A stretch of DNA of 64,000 nt from an uncultured Acidobacteriota bacterium (GTDB taxonomy: Bacteria; Acidobacteriota; UBA6911), in the NCBI GenBank assembly GCA_963827655.1, contig CAWHCF010000010.1:32001-96000 (forward strand), given 5' to 3'. Position numbers and translations under genes: made by a program. Below, one piece after another: positions 58,584 to 64,000 of this stretch (the stretch's first letter is position 1; each line of letters starts with the position of its first letter). A model generated the notes under the pieces. It had not been told where the DNA came from and did no database searches. It was given only the letters and a program-made list of their open reading frames with translations.

Positions 58584-60635
58584 TTACTTGACGAACTCTA
58601 CGTAACCCCGCCTTTCCAGAAATCGAAAGTAACCGAGGAAATCGAAGTCCGACGGACCGAGTTCAAGGCGCGTCAACCGGGCCACTTCGGCGAGATTTCG
58701 CTGACCGTCGCACCAGTACAGCGCCCGGATGGGCACGGCAGCCCAGGCGCCCGAGGGGTAACCTTCGCGCTGGTCCGGCGGCAGCTCGTCGAGTGGAATT
58801 GTCCCGAGTCTCTTTCGCCTGACCACAATCCGCGCCGCTTCGGCTTGTTGTGGATCCTGCGGCGGTGGAATCGGTTTGATAGCCGTGGGAAGGCCGAGCT
58901 GTGCCGCTCTCCTCTGGAGCGCTGCCTCGAGTCGCTTCAGCTGATCCCGGCCGAACTGGTCGAGCCGTTCCACCATGGACTCGATCCAGGGCCGGGCTTT
59001 TTCGCGGCGCGTTTCCGGCGCCAGGCGCAAAACCGAGCGGACCGCCTGGTTTTCGCGCGCCACGCAATAGTCAATCCGTTCTTTACCCTCATGAAAGAGC
59101 CGGCCCAGCCGCTCCGTGCCCTCTGCAGTCGAAACCGAGTCGAGAATTGACGTCACGGCGCTGACGACCTGCTCCTGGCCCCGGCTCAACGCGGCTTCGC
59201 CCAGCCAGGAAGCCTCGCGTTCGGAGGCTGTCGCCAGGTAGTAAAGATAGGCTGCGCTTACTATGGTCAGGTCGCGCAGCGAGCGAGGGTCGACCGTTTC
59301 CGGCCTGTCTTCGCTATTGTGATGAGTATGGATTCCCGTGCCGCTGTAGGGCCATACGGTCGGAATCCCAATGGTCGGTTCTCCCAGAAAAGAATCGGTG
59401 CCGCTCCTGTACTCCTTCCAGTGCCAGGGCCGGGGCGGCGAAAGCCGGGAAAAATAACTTTCGGCGACTCGCAGGATAAAAGCATCCACGTAAGACTTCG
59501 CCGCATGTGGATTCATGTGAAAGGTGTATTCCGTCCCGGCCAGTCCGTAGGACGCGGCAGGGGTGTCCAGACACAAGGCGGCTACGGTGCGGCGAACCCG
59601 GTCCGGGTTGGTGGCCAGGTAATGCATCGACCCATACATTTCCCCCATCGCCAGCATGCGGATGTGACGTCGCGGTCTGGGCAGTCGCCCGTCACCGATC
59701 AACCGATTCAAGCTCCCCAGCGCCTCGAGCATCGCCGCCACGCCAGTGGCATTATCGTGCGCGCCTTGTTCGGACGTATGCCCCAGGACAAGCACCTCTT
59801 CGTTCTCGTCCCCGGATCCGGGAATGATCCCGGTGACGTAGGGATAGGTTCCGGAGTAGTAGCGGCTCTCGACGACGGCTCTCACCCTCACCTTGCGCGG
59901 CTCACGCAGCAGCTTTCGTAGAAACTCGGCCTGAGACGGAGAAATGGAGAAGCAGAGCAGCGGTGAGTTACCTTTGTTGAACGCCCAACCGTTGTCACCC
60001 CAGGCGTTGATCCATTGCCGGCCGTCTTTGAGATCCTGATTTTCCGTGAACGCGTTGATGGCCCCCGGCGACCCCTTCCTGGCAAGCAGCCACTTGATGT
60101 CTGCCGGATTTCGCGGCGTGAGAACGATTTTACCCTTCAGATCCAGAGCTTCGATGCTCTTGACCGACATGTCTTTCAACTCGACCACCTCTGCGGTGAT
60201 CCCCCCTTCGGGAGTGGGACCACTCCACATGCCGAGCGAAGCGGGAACTTTCTCGTAGTCGGCCAGCACGCGGAATCCTTCCGGAACAGCCGGCTCGACG
60301 ATCTCCAGGCGCGCCTTCTTGACGTCCCAGGCGAGCGGCATGGTCCAGTAGCCGAACTGGCTCACCCCATCTGCAGGAGGAGCGACTACTTCTGCATCAC
60401 GCAGGCCAATCTGGTTCATCGTCCGCTTGAGATGTTCCGCAGTTTCCTGAAACTTCGGAAACGTAAACCACCGGTCGGTCTGATAGATCTGTTGCATGTA
60501 CTGCATGGCGCGCTCCGGGCTTACCTCGGAGCCGATCTGGCGCATCAAGGGTTCGAGCTGGCCCTGAGCCATCAAAGGAACGGCTACGAGGATCCATATC
60601 AACGCCGGCAATGTTCGAGCTGATGAACCTTTCAT
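58584..60635 (-). CDS. Secreted M28/DUF4910-like metallopeptidase with PA domain
   Basis: VLGH, GAHDNATG, GEMYG, SGTD, HHNSED; signal peptide. Confidence 0.82.
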   Translation of the reverse strand: MKGSSARTLPALIWILVAVPLMAQGQLEPLMRQIGSEVSPERAMQYMQQIYQTDRWFTFPKFQETAEHLKRTMNQIGLRDAEVVAPPADGVSQFGYWTMPLAWDVKKARLEIVEPAVPEGFRVLADYEKVPASLGMWSGPTPEGGITAEVVELKDMSVKSIEALDLKGKIVLTPRNPADIKWLLARKGSPGAINAFTENQDLKDGRQWINAWGDNGWAFNKGNSPLLCFSISPSQAEFLRKLLREPRKVRVRAVVESRYYSGTYPYVTGIIPGSGDENEEVLVLGHTSEQGAHDNATGVAAMLEALGSLNRLIGDGRLPRPRRHIRMLAMGEMYGSMHYLATNPDRVRRTVAALCLDTPAASYGLAGTEYTFHMNPHAAKSYVDAFILRVAESYFSRLSPPRPWHWKEYRSGTDSFLGEPTIGIPTVWPYSGTGIHTHHNSEDRPETVDPRSLRDLTIVSAAYLYYLATASEREASWLGEAALSRGQEQVVSAVTSILDSVSTAEGTERLGRLFHEGKERIDYCVARENQAVRSVLRLAPETRREKARPWIESMVERLDQFGRDQLKRLEAALQRRAAQLGLPTAIKPIPPPQDPQQAEAARIVVRRKRLGTIPLDELPPDQREGYPSGAWAAVPIRALYWCDGQRNLAEVARLTRLELGPSDFDFLGYFRFLERRGYVEFVK

Positions 60636-60654
60636 GGCCACCCCGTTGTTTTGG

Positions 60655-60705
60655 TTGGCGTTTCTTCGCGTCTTCGAGTCTTCGAGGTATGATGAAACGC
60701 CAAGC
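60655..60705 (-). repeat. Dispersed 9-bp-periodic repeat copy with partial inverted arm
   Basis: TTGGCGTTTCTTCGCGTCTTCGAGTCTTCGAGGT...GAAACGCCAAG. Confidence 0.75.
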
Positions 60706-60910
60706 ATCTTAGCACCCTTTTTTTTACTTGAACTGATTGTTGCCGCAAGTTACTGTTTTGCATCAACCAACCCTGGCTGATCGGTACGGTGGCGAAGGGT
60801 CCAAAAGCCGCCCAATGTCGAGCTACGTTCGAGAAGGTAGAGTTATCTCGTATCCAAGGCCCGTCAACTTCCCTGGGTCCGGATGCCATCCTTATCATGC
60901 TGGAGGAAGA

Positions 60911-63900
60911 ATGCGAAAGTCGAAGAGCACGAACAAAGCAACGCCAGAATAGCCATCTTTTTTCTTGCCGCTCTTATCACGCTGGCCCTGGCCGCACCGC
61001 CTGGATTAGCGCAGACGGGCACGGGAACGGTCCAGGGAAGGATCCTGGACGCCAACCGCGCGGTGATTCCAGGGGCCGATATCACAATCACAAATCAGGA
61101 TACAAATATCTCACGCAAGACGGTTGCTTCCGGAGACGGGAATTACGCTATTGGCGCCCTTCCGCCGGGCCCTTACACGCTGGCCGTGGAGGTGCCGGGA
61201 TTCAAGAAATGGACGGGCAAGCTGGTGCTGGAGGTCGGCCAGACGGCGGTCGTGGATGCCGTCATGCAGGTCGGCGACATCGCCACCGAAGTTGAAGTCG
61301 TCGGCGCCGCCCCGCCCATCACGCTCGAGAGCGCGGAAGTGTCGGATGTGAAGGATGCGGTCCGCATTCGACAGTTGCCGCTCAACGGCCGGGCCATCAG
61401 CAATCTGTTTGACTTGACCCCCGGAGTCGAGGGGGGCGGCAACCCGAGGGTCAACGGCCTCAAGGTCGGGTCGGTGGAAATGACGATCGACGGGATCTCC
61501 CTCGTGGATCGGTTTGGCGGCGGCATCGCCCGCGTCCAACCTGGATTGGACACAATCCAGGAATTCCGGATTGAGACGACCGGATCCGATGCCCAATTCT
61601 CGCGCCCTGCGACTGTCACGCTGGTAACCAAGAGTGGAACCAATGCCTTTCACGGCAGCGTTTTCGAGACCCACCGCAACAATGCAGCCGGCTTGCGCGC
61701 TCGCCGCCGTGAGGATGGAAACACATCATCCAAGCTGATTCGCAACGAATTTGGAGCCTCGGCCGGCGGTCCGGTGTATCTCGGAAACTGGTACAACGGC
61801 CGCGACAAGACGTTCTGGTTTGCCGCTTATGAGGGGCTGCGAAACCGCCAGTCCAGATTCGTCGATAGCGTCGTACCGACAGCGGCCATGTGGGCGGGCG
61901 ACTTCAGCGGCATCGTCGACATAAACGGCGTCCAAACTCACATCTACGATCCATTGACTACCGACGCCCGGGGTTTGCGCCAGCAGTTTCCCAATGACAT
62001 CATTCCCGGCAACAGGATTCATCCCTTCTACAAACAGATGCAGGCGCTGACGGCCTTGCCCACCAGCACGGTGAATCCATTCCAGGGGAACAACTTCCAG
62101 AAGTTTTATCCGGACAATCTGGATACCAACACCTTCACCGTGCGCGGCGACCACAAGTTTTCCGACCAGGATAATCTATCGGCAAGATTTTCGCGCAGCC
62201 GGCGCCTGTCGCAAGTCTTCGGAGGTGTCTTCGGCAATCCGGTCGACACCCTGGAAAATGGATTCGGAACCGGCCGGTCGGATACCAAGGTCTACAGCAC
62301 GTCGATCCGTGAAACCCACGTTTTCTCACCCACCTTCCTGAGCGAATTGCTCGTAGCCGGCCATCGCTCGAATCAGGGTTCCGGGACCCTCGCGGACTTC
62401 ACCGATTGGCCCAAAGAGCTGGGGTTGCCGAACCCGTTCAACGTTCAAGGTTGGCCGACTCTGGGCGCCGGAATCTTTGCCTGGGATTCCGACAACCGTC
62501 ATGACCAGAAGCTGACCGCCTACGTGGTTGAAGAAAACCTGAGCTGGCTCAAGGGCAAGCACTCGCTGAAGTTTGGCGGGAAGGTCCGTTACGAATACAA
62601 TAACGTCCGGGAACTGCAACAGGCTCAGGGCTCGCATACCTTTGGCAACGCCTGGACCGCGCTGTACGATCCGGTCGGAGACCAGACGGCTTCTTTCACC
62701 GGCGACGGCCTGGCCGCAATGGCCCTGGGGGTCCCGACTTTCCTGTCCAATCAATATAACCGGGGCTACTTCTACTTCGAGCAGCAAGAGATCGGCCTTT
62801 ACTTCCATGACAGCTGGAAGGCTCATCCGCGCCTGACGCTGGATCTGGGGGTCCGCTGGGACAAGTGGACGGCATACGAAGAGAAGTACAACCGGCTGGT
62901 GAATGTCGATCTCAACAACTTCGCCAACCAATTTCAGGTCGTCACGCCCAAGGACGTGAGGATGGAAGACCTGCCCGGCATTCCATCGTCGGTGCTTCAG
63001 TCCTATGCCGTGCGCGGACTGACCTGGACGACCGCGCGGAATGCGGGTTTGCCGGACAATCTGGTCAAGGGAGACAACAACAATTTCGCCCCCCGCATCG
63101 GCGCGGCATTCCGGATCACCGACAAAACCGTCTTGCGCGGCGGGTATGGAGAGTATTTCTGGACCATGCCGCTGGCGCAGATCCTGCAGACCTCGAGAAC
63201 CAACCCCCCGCTCAACCTGAGATTCACGAACCAACTCGGATCCTTGGACGGCACTTCCACCTTTGGGGTTCGAACCACGCCGAGACCGGAATTCTTCGTC
63301 GGGACTGCAACGGTTGATACCGAGGGCATCGTCTTCATCCCTCCGAATGCCCATTGGGATGATGCCCTGGGCCGCTGACGATTGGAAAGATGGCCGCGCC
63401 CAGGCGTGGCACCTTACTCTGGAGCGCGAAGTGATGCGCAATACGGCCCTTCGCTTGAGCTACATCGGCGATCATGGCCGGGATATGGAGCAGCGATTCG
63501 CTCTCAACAACCAGGAGGCGGAATACAATTACGTGGCACGGACCGGACAGAACCCTCCCGCCAACCGCGCGTTCATGCGGGTTAACCCGAACTGGAACTT
63601 CTCAGCCGCCAACCGTACCGGATTCTCCAATACGCATTCGGCGCAGGTGGAGGTCGAGCGCAAGTATTCCACCGGCCTGGCATTCCAGTTCTTCTACACC
63701 TTCACCCGATCCCTGACCACTTCGGACGCCGGTGGCTTCACCAGCGGTAATGGCGGACATAAACGCCACCGATGGCCAGTTTCAGGTACCGGAGAACATC
63801 CAGCTTCTCGGCGGCAACTCCAATCTCAGCTACGATCAAAGGCTCCGTCTCGGTTATTACAACAACACCAACATCCCCCCGCATAGGATCCGTTACAACG

Positions 63901-64000
63901 GAATCTATGACCTTCCCTTTGGCCGGGGGAAGCAGTTCGGTGGAGATGTCGCTCGCGGCTGGGACACCCTGATCGGCGGCTGGCAGATTGCCGCGATCGG
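60911..64000 (+). CDS. TonB-dependent receptor (Oar-like); runs off right edge; frameshifts near 60945, 63352 and 63756
   Basis: GGAGG RBS plus ATG 60911; GTVQGRILD, LPLNGR, TKSGTNAFHG, RNEFG, YFHDSWK, NFAPRIG. Confidence 0.92.

Noticed and set aside
4690-63760. About a dozen frameshifts in otherwise intact genes as programmed frameshifting or mass pseudogenisation
   Set aside because: They are single-base indels, mostly at short G/C runs, with no shared slippery motif and no in-frame stops; long-read consensus error is more likely.

Overview
GC-rich bacterial chromosomal window, most likely Acidobacteriota (inferred from two carboxypeptidase-regulatory-domain TonB-dependent receptors, a CRTAC1/ASPIC-UnbV + TPR pair and typical secreted hypotheticals). 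It is mostly metabolic and envelope genes: M61 and M28 peptidases, glucose dehydrogenase, type III PKS + ICMT-like methyltransferase, LysR + gltB, an RND pump, hemE, a PPi-type Pfk, a Cys/Met PLP lyase, an SufR-like/SDR/QueA-like locus, a single-POTRA Omp85 and a GH143-like hydrolase. A 4.6 kb mobile patch (TGT...ACA IS copies, a Ser/Thr kinase and an IS21 remnant) lies between hemE and pfk. There is also a DUF2075 nuclease-helicase and three decayed toxin-antitoxin-like loci. About a dozen single-base frameshifts look like long-read errors. I saw no rRNA, tRNA or CRISPR array. The most notable unexplained signals are (1) a LysR-controlled ~300 nt structured orphan transcript at 637-945, (2) inverted 7-bp tandem arrays, one inside a signal peptide where losing one unit would switch the reading frame, (3) a ~35 bp repeat with 9-bp periodicity at ~14 gene boundaries, and (4) a non-canonical QueA-like enzyme with an SDR under a Cys-rich SufR-like regulator. 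All calls come from reading motifs by eye; no database searches were run.
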